From the NCBI GenBank assembly GCA_030524765.1, contig JAUNGA010000001.1, positions 9,544-73,543 of the forward strand: a DNA stretch of 64,000 nt. The letters are read 5' to 3'. The notes below the pieces were generated by a model. It saw nothing but the letters and a program-made list of their open reading frames with translations, searched no databases and was not told the origin of the DNA. The translations under genes were made by a program, and so were the position numbers. Origin of the DNA: Bacteroidales bacterium. Its GTDB lineage: Bacteria > Bacteroidota > Bacteroidia > Bacteroidales > Muribaculaceae. Below are positions 20,441 through 29,279 of this stretch, piece by piece (position 1 is the stretch's first letter; each line of letters starts with the position of its first letter).

Positions 20441-21262
20441 ATGAGAAAATATCTTTCAGTTTTATCAATCATATTGACAACTTTACCGATTATGGCACAA
20501 CAAAAAATAGTTCAGACGGCCGGGCGCGATCAGCTCGGCGAGTTTGCTCCCGAGTTCGCTCATCTCAACGATGACATACTTTTCGGTGAGGTATGGAGCC
20601 GCAACGACCTTTTATCGTTGCGCGACCGCAGTCTCGTCACCATCACCTCGCTCATCAGCCAGGGTATCACCGACAACTCATTGACATATCATCTGCAGAC
20701 CGCGAAGCAAAACGGTATCACCCGCACTGAAATCTCTGAGATCATCACTCACATCGCGTTCTATGCCGGCTGGCCGAAGGCATGGGCGGCATTCCGTCTT
20801 GCAAAAGATGTTTGGAGCGACGATGTGAAAGGCGATGATGCCAAAGCCGAATATCAACGCTCGATCATATTTCCCATCGGAGAGCCTAACGATGCTTTTG
20901 CAAAATATTTCACAGGACAGAGCTATCTTGCTCCCGTTTCAACAGAACAGATACCGTTCTTCAATGTGACTTTTGAGCCCGGCTGCCGCAACAACTGGCA
21001 CATACATCGCTCAACCCGTGGTGGCGGTCAGATGCTCGTCGGTGTCGGTGGCCGGGGCTGGTATCAGGAAGAGGGAAAGCCTGCGCAGGAGATTCTGCCC
21101 GGTACGGTAATACATATTCCAGCCAACGTGAAACATTGGCACGGTGCGGCCGCTGACAGTTGGTTCTCTCATCTCGCATTCGAAATCCCCGGCGAGAACA
21201 CATCTAATGAATGGCTTGAACCCGTCACTGACGAGGAATATCTCAAACTTGAAACCAAATAA
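20441..21262 (+). CDS. Carboxymuconolactone decarboxylase family domain fused to a cupin domain
   Basis: LFGEVWSR..LSLRDRSLVTI; FYAGWPKA; VTFEPGCRNNWHIH; GGQML; HWHGAA. Confidence 0.88.
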   Translation: MRKYLSVLSIILTTLPIMAQQKIVQTAGRDQLGEFAPEFAHLNDDILFGEVWSRNDLLSLRDRSLVTITSLISQGITDNSLTYHLQTAKQNGITRTEISEIITHIAFYAGWPKAWAAFRLAKDVWSDDVKGDDAKAEYQRSIIFPIGEPNDAFAKYFTGQSYLAPVSTEQIPFFNVTFEPGCRNNWHIHRSTRGGGQMLVGVGGRGWYQEEGKPAQEILPGTVIHIPANVKHWHGAAADSWFSHLAFEIPGENTSNEWLEPVTDEEYLKLETK

Positions 21263-21292
21263 GCGCTGAAATATCGGCTTTTACGATATAAA

Positions 21293-21338
21293 ATTACCTT
21301 CGCTCCGTAATGCCTATGACATACGGTGCGAAGGTAAT
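21293..21338. terminator. Bidirectional terminator between convergent genes
   Basis: ATTACCTTCGC..CCGTA/TACGG..GCGAAGGTAAT long hairpin. Confidence 0.7.
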
Positions 21339-21370
21339 ATATTTTGTGGGAAATATTGTCGAATCGACCT

Positions 21371-22171
21371 TTACTTGATAGACAGGGCTATGACGAGTGA
21401 AGCGACAACCGAGCATGCGCTTACGATTGTCGAGATGACCGATAGCTTGAACGCGTTGTCCTGGTTGTATTTTGCATTTGCCTGACGCACATTGTTGGGC
21501 TCGACATAGATGTAATCGTTCTGACGCAGATAGAAGTAAGGCGACGTCAGCACATCTGACGAGTTGAGGTTGATGCGTGCATATGTGCGCTGTCCGTTTT
21601 CCTCGCGGATGATCAGCACATTCTCGCGCTCGCCGTAGGGGGTCAGATCGCCTGCCGCACTGAGGGCGTCAAGTATGCTGAAACGATTGCGGTTGACGCG
21701 TATGGTAGACGGTGCATTGACCTCGCCGGCCACAACGACGGTGAAGTTGAGCAGCTCGACACGCACAATTGCGTCGGCAACGTCTTTGCGGATCTCTTCG
21801 GTAAGCCGGGCTTGCAATTGTTCGGTGGTCATTCCGGCCACATGCACTGTGCCGAGCATAGGCATGTTGATGTCGCCTTTCGAGTCTACTATATATGTCT
21901 GCTGTTTGGGCGATGTGGTGGAATTTATCTCGGCGCGTTTGGCGGGGTTTGAGAGCGGTAGATTGTAGTATGACGTGGTCACAGGCTCGCTTGATGTGAC
22001 GGTAATGAACAGCTCGTCGTCGGGTTTTATCTCAGGAGCATATGTCATTGTCTGTAATGTGCCCTGCTGACCCTCCAGGTCGGTAAAATAGGGCAGAACG
22101 GTCTTATGTGACGAGCAGCTCGTGGCAAGAGCGGCAACAGCGACCAGTATGGCAATCGTCTTGATTTTCAT
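21371..22171 (-). CDS. wza: Polysaccharide export outer-membrane lipoprotein (Wza/OPX family)
   Basis: Lipobox ATSC; IKPDDELFITV; YIVDSKGDINMP; ALSAAGDL; YFYLRQNDYIYVEPN. Start ATG 22171; TATATTTG promoter on minus at 22195-22202. Confidence 0.88.
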   Translation of the reverse strand: MKIKTIAILVAVAALATSCSSHKTVLPYFTDLEGQQGTLQTMTYAPEIKPDDELFITVTSSEPVTTSYYNLPLSNPAKRAEINSTTSPKQQTYIVDSKGDINMPMLGTVHVAGMTTEQLQARLTEEIRKDVADAIVRVELLNFTVVVAGEVNAPSTIRVNRNRFSILDALSAAGDLTPYGERENVLIIREENGQRTYARINLNSSDVLTSPYFYLRQNDYIYVEPNNVRQANAKYNQDNAFKLSVISTIVSACSVVASLVIALSIK

Positions 22172-22245
22172 TGCAAGTTTGTTAGTATATATCGCAAATA
22201 TAACGTATCGGTCTGTAGAATATTGTATTCCCGTTTCAAAAAAGT

Positions 22246-22276
22246 GCACCGTGGCAGGGTGATGCTGCCACGGTGC
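22246..22276 (-). terminator. Terminator after serA
   Basis: 12-bp perfect stem GCACCGTGGCAG/CTGCCACGGTGC with a T-run on minus. Confidence 0.8.
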
Positions 22277-22296
22277 TGTATCGGGGTAGTTTTTTG

Positions 22297-23214
22297 TCAG
22301 TTGACACGGAAGCGGTCGGTGCCGTCGTGCAGGAATGCCACGATCTGGTTGGCTGCGGCTATACCTGCGTTGATGTTGGCTTCGGCTGTCTGAGCACCCA
22401 TCTTTTTGGGCGTGAAGAACACGCGGCCGGCATATTTCTGCTCGAGCTCGGCTGCATTGTCGGGGCGCACGTCAGCGACATATTTGAGATCGCTGCGCTC
22501 GGCGAGCGCCTTGTCGAGACCGGCTTCGTCAATGACTTCTTTGCGGGCGGTATTGATCAGCACACCGCCTTTGGGCATCCTGGTGATGAGATCATAGCCG
22601 ATCGACCGGATTGTCTCGGGGGTGGCCGGAATATGTATCGACACAAACAGGTTGTCGCTGTAAAGCTCGTCGACCGAGTGTACGGGGTGCACGCCGGCCT
22701 GTTGCATTACATCATCGGGACAATAGGGATCAAGTGCGCTTACCTGCATGCCGAATCCCTCGGCTATGCGTGCCACGTTGCGGCCCACCTGACCGAATGC
22801 CTGAATGCCGAGTCGCTTGCCTTTGAGCTCAAAGCCCGATGTGCCGGCATACATGTTGCGGGCGGCCATGACGGTCATGCCGAATACGAGCTCGGCAACA
22901 GCGTTTGAGTTCTGGCCCGGAGTGTTCTCGACCACTACGCCGGCGGCTGTGGCGGCGGCCAGATCGATGTTGTCGTATCCGGCTCCGGCACGTACGACAA
23001 TCTTGAGGTTGCGGGCGGCTTTGAAGACGTCTTCGCCTACCTTATCACTGCGCACGATCAGTGCGTCGGCGTCGGCCACTGCGGCGAGCAGATCGGCGCG
23101 GTCGGTATATTTCTCGAGAAGCACCAGTTCGTGACCGGCCTGCTCGACAACCTGGCGTATACCGTCGACGGCGACTGCTGCAAACGGTTTCTCGGTAGCT
23201 ACCAATACTTTCAT
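22297..23214 (-). CDS. serA: D-3-phosphoglycerate dehydrogenase (short Bacteroidales type)
   Basis: VRAGAGYDNID; NTPGQNSNAVAE; GQVG; HIPATPET; LINTAR; MGAQTAEA; adjacent to serC. Confidence 0.85.
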   Translation of the reverse strand: MKVLVATEKPFAAVAVDGIRQVVEQAGHELVLLEKYTDRADLLAAVADADALIVRSDKVGEDVFKAARNLKIVVRAGAGYDNIDLAAATAAGVVVENTPGQNSNAVAELVFGMTVMAARNMYAGTSGFELKGKRLGIQAFGQVGRNVARIAEGFGMQVSALDPYCPDDVMQQAGVHPVHSVDELYSDNLFVSIHIPATPETIRSIGYDLITRMPKGGVLINTARKEVIDEAGLDKALAERSDLKYVADVRPDNAAELEQKYAGRVFFTPKKMGAQTAEANINAGIAAANQIVAFLHDGTDRFRVN

Positions 23215-23227
23215 AGTCGCTCGTCTA

Positions 23228-24298
23228 TTAGTGTTTGTACTCGAAATCTTTCATTGCCTCGACGAGCACCTTGACACTCTCGATCGGCAGCGCGTTGTAG
23301 AGCGATGCACGGAAACCGCCTACCGAACGGTGGCCCTTGATGCCTACGATGCCGCGTTCGGTGCAGAAGCTTACAAATTCGCTCTCAAGCTCTTTGTACT
23401 CGGGTTTCATCACAAAGCATACGTTCATGATCGAGCGGTCGGCGGGATCGGTGACGGTGCCGGTGAATATGCGGCTCGAATCGATGGCGTCGTAGAGCAC
23501 GGCTGCCTTCTCGAGATCGCGGCGCTCGAGTTCCTTGATGCCGCCGAGAGCTTTGTAGTAGCGCAGGGTCTGCAGGGCTGCGAAAATAGGCAGTACCGGG
23601 GGCGTGTTGAACATCGATCCTTTTTTAATGTGGGTGCGATAGTCGAGCATGGTAGGTATCTGGCGGTCGACATGACCAAGGGCGTCGTCGCGTACAATGG
23701 CGATGGTGACGCCGGCCGGGGCAAGATTTTTCTGTGCGCCTGCGTAGACAGCATCGTATTTGCTGAAATCGATGGGGCGTGAGAATATGTCTGAGCTCAT
23801 GTCGCAGATCATGGGGCAGGGCACATCAGGATCTACACGGATCTCAGTGCCGTATATGGTGTTGTTTGAGGTGTAGTGGAAATACTGCGAGCCCTCGGCA
23901 ACCTGCCAGCCTTTGGGGATGAAGGTATAGTTGGCGTCTTTTGACGAAGCCACGACGTCGACCTCGCCGAACAGACGGGCCTCTTTGATGGCGTTAGACG
24001 CCCATGTGCCGGTATCGAGATACGATGCCTTGGTCGACAGGAAGTTATAAGGAATCATGCAGAACTGCATCGAGGCGCCGCCGCCCAGCCACAGTACCGA
24101 GAATCCCTCGGGGATATCGAGCAGCTCCTTGACGAGAGCTGTAGCCTCGTCGATTACTGCCTGAAATTCCTTGCTGCGGTGTGAGACCTCGAGCACCGAC
24201 AGACCTGTGTCGGCAAAGTTGAGGATGGCCTCGGCTGTGTTCTTGATAGTGTAGTCGCTCAGGATCGATGGTCCTGCGTAGAAGTTATGTTTTTTCAT
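23228..24298 (-). CDS. serC: Phosphoserine aminotransferase
   Basis: HNFYAGPS; SHRSKEF; GGASMQF; NNTIYG; DMSSD; [11 protein letters not shown]; NTPP; [15 protein letters not shown]. Start ATG 24298. Confidence 0.97.
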   Translation of the reverse strand: MKKHNFYAGPSILSDYTIKNTAEAILNFADTGLSVLEVSHRSKEFQAVIDEATALVKELLDIPEGFSVLWLGGGASMQFCMIPYNFLSTKASYLDTGTWASNAIKEARLFGEVDVVASSKDANYTFIPKGWQVAEGSQYFHYTSNNTIYGTEIRVDPDVPCPMICDMSSDIFSRPIDFSKYDAVYAGAQKNLAPAGVTIAIVRDDALGHVDRQIPTMLDYRTHIKKGSMFNTPPVLPIFAALQTLRYYKALGGIKELERRDLEKAAVLYDAIDSSRIFTGTVTDPADRSIMNVCFVMKPEYKELESEFVSFCTERGIVGIKGHRSVGGFRASLYNALPIESVKVLVEAMKDFEYKH

Positions 24299-24388
24299 AC
24301 CCAAGAAATTTGGTGGTTGATGTAGGGGCAAAGATAATCAAAATCTTTTGCCCTCACAAATTTTTCGACTTTATTGCAACGGTGATTT

Positions 24389-24435
24389 TACAACATGCCG
24401 GCGCCCGCGTGAATCACGGGCGCCGGCATGTTGTA
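24389..24435. repeat. Perfect 19-bp inverted repeat downstream of the ECF operon (hairpin, probable terminator without U-tract)
   Basis: TACAACATGCCGGCGCCCG-N9-CGGGCGCCGGCATGTTGTA. Confidence 0.8.
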
Positions 24436-24452
24436 GGTCAGATCAGATGCGG

Positions 24453-24965
24453 TCATTTGTCGGTTTCATCGCCTGTCCCGGGTTCGGGCGAGATTTCTTT
24501 GACCATTTCGCCTACGTTGATTTTACCTCTGATATAGACGAGGCTGAACTCGCCCTTCTCACGGCTGACGATGACTATGTCGTCGAGTATGTCGGGATTT
24601 TCACCGTCGGGTATGCCTCCATATATTATCGCATGCTCGTCTTCCTCATTTGCCTCGAGCAGGATTTCATAGTGCATCTGGGCGAGCATGCGGTCGCAGG
24701 CCGCGCTTACCTTCTCGATTGATGATGCCTTTTCGCAGGAGATCACCTCTATGCTCTTCAGGTCGGATATGTATTGCGAGTACTCGCCGTATCCGCCCAC
24801 GCTTGCGGCTCCGCCTGCCAGTCTCAGCATTGCCGGACCGATGTAGACTGATGTCACGTCGGGCATAGATGCCACCTCTTTGAAGACTTTGGCCTGTGAT
24901 ATGCACGACGGTGCTGTCATGAGAGCCACTATCAACATCAGCATGATGATTAATGTCTTTTTCAT
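24453..24965 (-). CDS. DUF4252 family secreted protein
   Basis: Signal peptide; VTSVYIGPAML; LKSIEVISCE; FSLVYIRGKI; third gene of the ECF operon. Confidence 0.75.
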   Translation of the reverse strand: MKKTLIIMLMLIVALMTAPSCISQAKVFKEVASMPDVTSVYIGPAMLRLAGGAASVGGYGEYSQYISDLKSIEVISCEKASSIEKVSAACDRMLAQMHYEILLEANEEDEHAIIYGGIPDGENPDILDDIVIVSREKGEFSLVYIRGKINVGEMVKEISPEPGTGDETDK

Positions 24966-25669
24966 TGTATTATGTTTTTAATTGTTTGATCTGCGTTGTT
25001 CATCGCCATATCGGCGCGGTTAACGGCATCGCCTGCCATGGCGAGCGTGATATTGAGGCGGTCGAGCACCTCGCGTGTGATTGTGGCCGCCGAGTCGGTG
25101 TCGGTAATTTCGATGTACGGGTCATAGTCGTCGACATTCTCGCGGTTTTCGGCCACCGATTGTGCGGGACGGGCGTCATGGGCCTTGCGTATCACCTCGG
25201 GAGTCAGCACCGGCTGTGCAGGCTCTACGGTCTCGGTCGGGATGTCGCCTGTAGTATCGGCCGGCTCGGCGACGGTTGCGGTGAGATCGGGCTGTGCGGG
25301 CTGCAATATCGACTGCGGATCGGTGTTGCCTGTCAATATCGAGATACCCATCACTGCGGCTACCACAGCTGCCGCCGCCCCCGACAGCCAGGGAAGCCAT
25401 CGTCGCGAGCGGGCTTCGGCACGTCCGCAGGTGGCGTCGATTATGCGTTGTTCGAGATCGTCGGGTATGTCGGGAGTCGAGTAATCGGCCATCGCGCGGA
25501 ATATCGCGGCATCGGCCTCGTATCCGTCGGGCAGGTCGGCCGTCTCGGTAAAATATCGGGTGAGCTCGGCTTCCTGAGCGGCGTCGGTGCGTCCTTCATA
25601 GTAAAGCTCGAGCAGGCCGGCTATTCGGTCGGGCAGGTGCTTGCTGTTGTTGTCGGAAGTCGTTTTCAT
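24962..25669 (-). CDS. Membrane-anchored anti-sigma factor
   Basis: LLELYYEGRTDAAQEAELTRYF N-terminal domain; single TM (WLSGAAAAVVAAVMGISIL); P/T/E-rich linker; ATGA-coupled to the ECF sigma. Confidence 0.72.
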   Translation of the reverse strand: MKTTSDNNSKHLPDRIAGLLELYYEGRTDAAQEAELTRYFTETADLPDGYEADAAIFRAMADYSTPDIPDDLEQRIIDATCGRAEARSRRWLPWLSGAAAAVVAAVMGISILTGNTDPQSILQPAQPDLTATVAEPADTTGDIPTETVEPAQPVLTPEVIRKAHDARPAQSVAENRENVDDYDPYIEITDTDSAATITREVLDRLNITLAMAGDAVNRADMAMNNADQTIKNIIQ

Positions 25670-26154
25670 ATTTCTGTATATTTTTTGTAAAGTTCTTTGA
25701 TTCGCCGCCGTGCCCTGCTCAGCAACTGTCTGACATTGTCATTTGATAGTCCGGTCAGTACTGCTATCTCGTCGTTTGACTTTTGCTCGAAAGCGCTGAG
25801 CCGTATGACGGTCTGCTGGTTTGACGGCAGGGTGGCGATAATGCGGTCGATGATTGCCGATGTCTCGCGGGCCGTGTTGTCGGGAGGTGCGGCCGTTTCG
25901 GGTATATTGTCGATCGGCTCGGTCTGTCGTCGTCGTCTGATACGGTCGATGGCCACCCGTCGCAGCACCGTCATGCAATAGGCCGGCAGCGACTGTATGG
26001 CATCGAGGCTCTCGCGGGCCTGCCATAGGCGCTCCATGGCGTCTTGCACGGCGTCGGCCGCCTCGTCGCGGTCGCCGAGTATGGCGGCCGCAGCCGCAAA
26101 CATCGGCTTGTAGAGCGGTACGATCGAGTTTCTGAATGTTGTCGGGTCCATCAT
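25666..26154 (-). CDS. ECF sigma-70 factor
   Basis: EAADAVQDAMERLW (region 2); LPSNQQTVIRL..EIAVLTGLSNDNVRQLLSRARRRI (region 4). Confidence 0.92.
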   Translation of the reverse strand: MMDPTTFRNSIVPLYKPMFAAAAAILGDRDEAADAVQDAMERLWQARESLDAIQSLPAYCMTVLRRVAIDRIRRRRQTEPIDNIPETAAPPDNTARETSAIIDRIIATLPSNQQTVIRLSAFEQKSNDEIAVLTGLSNDNVRQLLSRARRRIKELYKKYTEI

Positions 26155-26175
26155 CGATTTTTGCTTTTACACCAC

Positions 26176-26205
26176 TATGACGTGACCGCACATGGTGTTG
26201 TGACA
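26176..26205 (-). promoter_or_regulatory. Putative ECF-dependent autoregulatory promoter
   Basis: Minus strand TGTCAC-N17-CGTCATA, upstream of the ECF start. A housekeeping TAAATTTG lies further upstream at 26215-26222. Confidence 0.65.
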
Positions 26206-26235
26206 GCAGAAATGCAAATTTACTCAAAATTTTCA

Positions 26236-26269
26236 CAAAAAAAACAGGCCTCCGCGCTGCGGGGCCTGT
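26236..26269 (-). terminator. Terminator after M18 aminopeptidase
   Basis: ACAGGCCTCCGC/GCGGGGCCTGT stem with a T-run on minus. Confidence 0.8.
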
Positions 26270-26292
26270 CTATGCGGTGTTTTGCGTGAAAA

Positions 26293-27582
26293 CTATACTG
26301 TGAAGAACTGCGACATGACGCGTATCATATCGGCATGGTCGGTGAGCGAGGCTGTCTCGCGTACCGAGTGCATGGCCCATATGGCCGCGCCGACGTCGAC
26401 GCCTCGCAATGGTATCTGGGATGTGAGGATATTGCCCAGTGTCGAGCCGCCTGCCACGTCTGAGTGGTTGACAAAATACTGGCATCGCACGCCGGCTCTC
26501 TCGCACAGTGAGAGGAATACGGCAGCCGAGTCGGCATCGGTCATGTACTTGCAGTTGGCGTTGATCTTGACCACAGGACCGCCGCCGAGGGTAGGATGGT
26601 TGGTGGGATCTTGTTTCTCGACATAGTTGGGATGCACGCCGTGGGCGTCGTCGGCCGAGATCATGAAAGAACCCGATACGGCTCTCATGTAGTCTTCGTC
26701 GTTGCCGCCTGCGGCCGTCGTGATACGGCGCAGTATATAGTCGAGCATGGGTGAGGCCGCGCCTTGCTTGGTGCCTGAGCCAGTCTCTTCGTTGTCAAAT
26801 ATAGCCATGACACGGGTCGATCTGTCGGGTTTCGCGGCGGTGTCGAGCAGGGCGTTGAGGGCTGCATGCACCATCGATAGATCGTCGATGCGTCCCGATG
26901 TGATAAATTCGCCGTTGAGACCCACTACGCTGGCACGTGTGGTGTCGTAGAGCGAGAGATCATAGTCGAGGATATCGTCGGGAGACACTCCGAGCTTCTC
27001 GGCCACAAGCCGCTTCACGAGTCCGTTGGCATGGGCAGGCGATGCCACATGGCCCAGCACCGGCAGTATGTCTTTTTGCTTTGACAGTTTGTTGCCTTCG
27101 TTTACGGCGCGGTTGAAGTGTATTGCCAGATGGGGTATGGTGAGCAGATGGCGGTCAAAACGCACCAGGCGCCACTCGGGGTTGAGCGGATCGGCGCCGC
27201 GCATTATCACCCGGCCTGCAAGCGACAGCGGGCGGTCAAACCATGTATATAGTATCGGGCCGCCATAGACCTCGGTGTTGAGCTTGACGATATTTCCGTC
27301 GCAGAGCATCTCGCAGTTGGGCTTTACGCGGAATCCCGGCGAATCGCTGTGAGCCGAGATGATCTTGAACGGCGAGTGGGCCGGCCCCTCGCCTGCGACA
27401 AAAGCAAAAACAGCCGAGCCGTTTTTGACGGTATAGTAACGGCCACCGGGCTTGATGTGCCAGGCGTCGCGCATGTCGAGCGCTGTGAATCCGGCTTCGT
27501 CGAGATGGTCGGTGACTGTCTTGACGGCCCAGAAGTTGACGGGCGATGCGTCGAGAAACGCCGCGAGGTCTTTGTAGTTCAT
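26293..27582 (-). CDS. M18 family (aspartyl) aminopeptidase
   Basis: AHSDSPG; EVYGGPILYTWFDRPLSLAGR; IPHLAIH; RIDDL; FDNEETGS; SADDAHGVHPN; GGSTLG; AMHSVRE. Start ATG 27582. Confidence 0.93.
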   Translation of the reverse strand: MNYKDLAAFLDASPVNFWAVKTVTDHLDEAGFTALDMRDAWHIKPGGRYYTVKNGSAVFAFVAGEGPAHSPFKIISAHSDSPGFRVKPNCEMLCDGNIVKLNTEVYGGPILYTWFDRPLSLAGRVIMRGADPLNPEWRLVRFDRHLLTIPHLAIHFNRAVNEGNKLSKQKDILPVLGHVASPAHANGLVKRLVAEKLGVSPDDILDYDLSLYDTTRASVVGLNGEFITSGRIDDLSMVHAALNALLDTAAKPDRSTRVMAIFDNEETGSGTKQGAASPMLDYILRRITTAAGGNDEDYMRAVSGSFMISADDAHGVHPNYVEKQDPTNHPTLGGGPVVKINANCKYMTDADSAAVFLSLCERAGVRCQYFVNHSDVAGGSTLGNILTSQIPLRGVDVGAAIWAMHSVRETASLTDHADMIRVMSQFFTV

Positions 27583-28067
27583 GACTGATAGTATATATGG
27601 TGCAGGGGACGCATGACGTTGCACAGCGTCTGTCCCCAATAGTTCGCAAAATCATCTCTTACGGCAGCGAGGGCTTCATCGGCCAGCTCATCGGGCGCGT
27701 CGCGTACGGTTTCAAGCAGATTGTAGAACACCTGGAACAAGTCGGCCAATCCTTCGGCCAGACTGGCGCCTATGGGCGTGTCGCTGTATTTCATGTCTTC
27801 CTCGAATACTTCGAGATACGAGTCGTCCTCGCCGAGCACCATCTCGAGGCTGTGGCGCACCGATTCATAATAGTCTTCGTCGAGGGCTCCGTCGATATAG
27901 GCCTCGCCGGGCAGATCGGCGGCGAGATCGGTGGCGGCTATGTAGATGCGAGGCAACAGCCGCAGCAGCGATTGCACGAGATCGGTCTTCTCGGTTTCGC
28001 GCGCGTGCTCTACAGCTGCGCAGTACTCGTTGCATAGGGCTATGAAAGCCAGGGCGTTGTTGGTCAT
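27579..28067 (-). CDS. DUF5063-like protein
   Basis: AFIALCNEYC; LLRLLPRIYI; DSYLEVFEEDMKYSDTPI; FANYWGQ. Confidence 0.75.
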   Translation of the reverse strand: MTNNALAFIALCNEYCAAVEHARETEKTDLVQSLLRLLPRIYIAATDLAADLPGEAYIDGALDEDYYESVRHSLEMVLGEDDSYLEVFEEDMKYSDTPIGASLAEGLADLFQVFYNLLETVRDAPDELADEALAAVRDDFANYWGQTLCNVMRPLHHIYYQS

Positions 28068-28645
28068 TGCTGTGGTTGATATAGCTTGTGGTCGGCGATG
28101 TATTTGGCCACGCCGGCCGGTACGAAATAGTCGATGTCGCGGCCTCTGGCGATGGCTTTGCGCACAAAGGTGCTCGAGATGTCGATCAGCGGGGCCTCGA
28201 CCACCTGCATGCCGTCGACCATGCCGTCGGCGATGGGGTAGCCCGGACGGGGGTAGACGATCACGCCATAGTCGTCGAGTATGCGCTGATGGTCGCGCCA
28301 GCGGTCGAATATGGCCCAGTTGTCACTGCCGATGATAAGTCTGAATTGCTTGCCGGGATAACGCGACGCCAGCAGGTCGAGGGTGTTGATGGTGTATGAC
28401 GGCGTAGGCATAGACAGCTCGATGTCGCACACATCAATGTCTTTGGCACCCTTCAGCGCGATATTGAGCATCGAGAGGCGCTTGAGGTCGGGCAGCAGCG
28501 TGCCCGGGTCTTTGAGGGGATTGCGGGGTGACAGGGTCAGCCACACCTTGTCGACATATCCCCACTGGCTCAGATACGATGCCAGTATGAGATGGCCGAT
28601 GTGCACAGGGTTGAACGACCCGCCCAATATACCGATGGTATGCAT
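28064..28645 (-). CDS. nadD: Nicotinate-nucleotide adenylyltransferase
   Basis: GGSFNPVHIGH; SYTINTL; IIGSDN; ISSTFVR. Confidence 0.95.
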   Translation of the reverse strand: MHTIGILGGSFNPVHIGHLILASYLSQWGYVDKVWLTLSPRNPLKDPGTLLPDLKRLSMLNIALKGAKDIDVCDIELSMPTPSYTINTLDLLASRYPGKQFRLIIGSDNWAIFDRWRDHQRILDDYGVIVYPRPGYPIADGMVDGMQVVEAPLIDISSTFVRKAIARGRDIDYFVPAGVAKYIADHKLYQPQQ

Positions 28646-28648
28646 CGG

Positions 28649-29221
28649 TCAGGCATTGATAAATGCGGCGATGGCGTCTGATGTCATGCCGACGGCCTTG
28701 TCGAGATCGTCGTTGACGATGCGCACGTCAAACTGTGGCGCCAGACTCAGCTCATACTCGGCGCGCCCCACGCGCACGTTGATGCGCTCGGCATCATCGG
28801 TGCCGCGGCCCTCGAGCCGGCGGCGCAGCTCGTCGATGCTTGGCGGCTCGATAAAGATTGTGCAGGCTTTGTCGCCATACATCTGCTTGACATTGAGCGC
28901 TCCCTTGACATCGATGTCGAGAATCACGTCTTTGCCCTCTTCGAGCTGACGGTCGACCTCGCTGCGCAGGGTGCCGTAATATCGGCCCGGATACACCTCT
29001 TCCCACTCGATGAATTCGCCATTCTCGACAGCTTCGCGGAAGTCTTCGGTCTGCATGAAGTGATAGTGCACGCCGTTCACCTCGCCCGGGCGCGGATTGC
29101 GGTTGGTGGCCGATACAGAGAACTGCAGGTCGAATGTTCCGGCATCGAGTATGGTGTTGATTATTGTGGATTTACCGCTACCCGAGGGCGCGGAGATCAC
29201 TATGAGTTTGCCTTGAGACAT
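28649..29221 (-). CDS. gmk: Guanylate kinase
   Basis: SAPSGSGKST; SATNRNPRPGE; YYGT; LDIDVKG; FIEPPS; IVNDDL. Confidence 0.96.
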   Translation of the reverse strand: MSQGKLIVISAPSGSGKSTIINTILDAGTFDLQFSVSATNRNPRPGEVNGVHYHFMQTEDFREAVENGEFIEWEEVYPGRYYGTLRSEVDRQLEEGKDVILDIDVKGALNVKQMYGDKACTIFIEPPSIDELRRRLEGRGTDDAERINVRVGRAEYELSLAPQFDVRIVNDDLDKAVGMTSDAIAAFINA

Positions 29222-29279
29222 ATGCTTGTTGGTAAGATTAGATAGGCGAAATTATATATAATTCGTCAATTTGCAAAAT

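Noticed and set aside
14745-29221. Missing usual neighbours (surA after the PPIases, DUF1015 after serA, yicC before gmk)
   Set aside because: This rests on recalled Bacteroides synteny only and is explained by ordinary rearrangement. No scars were seen.
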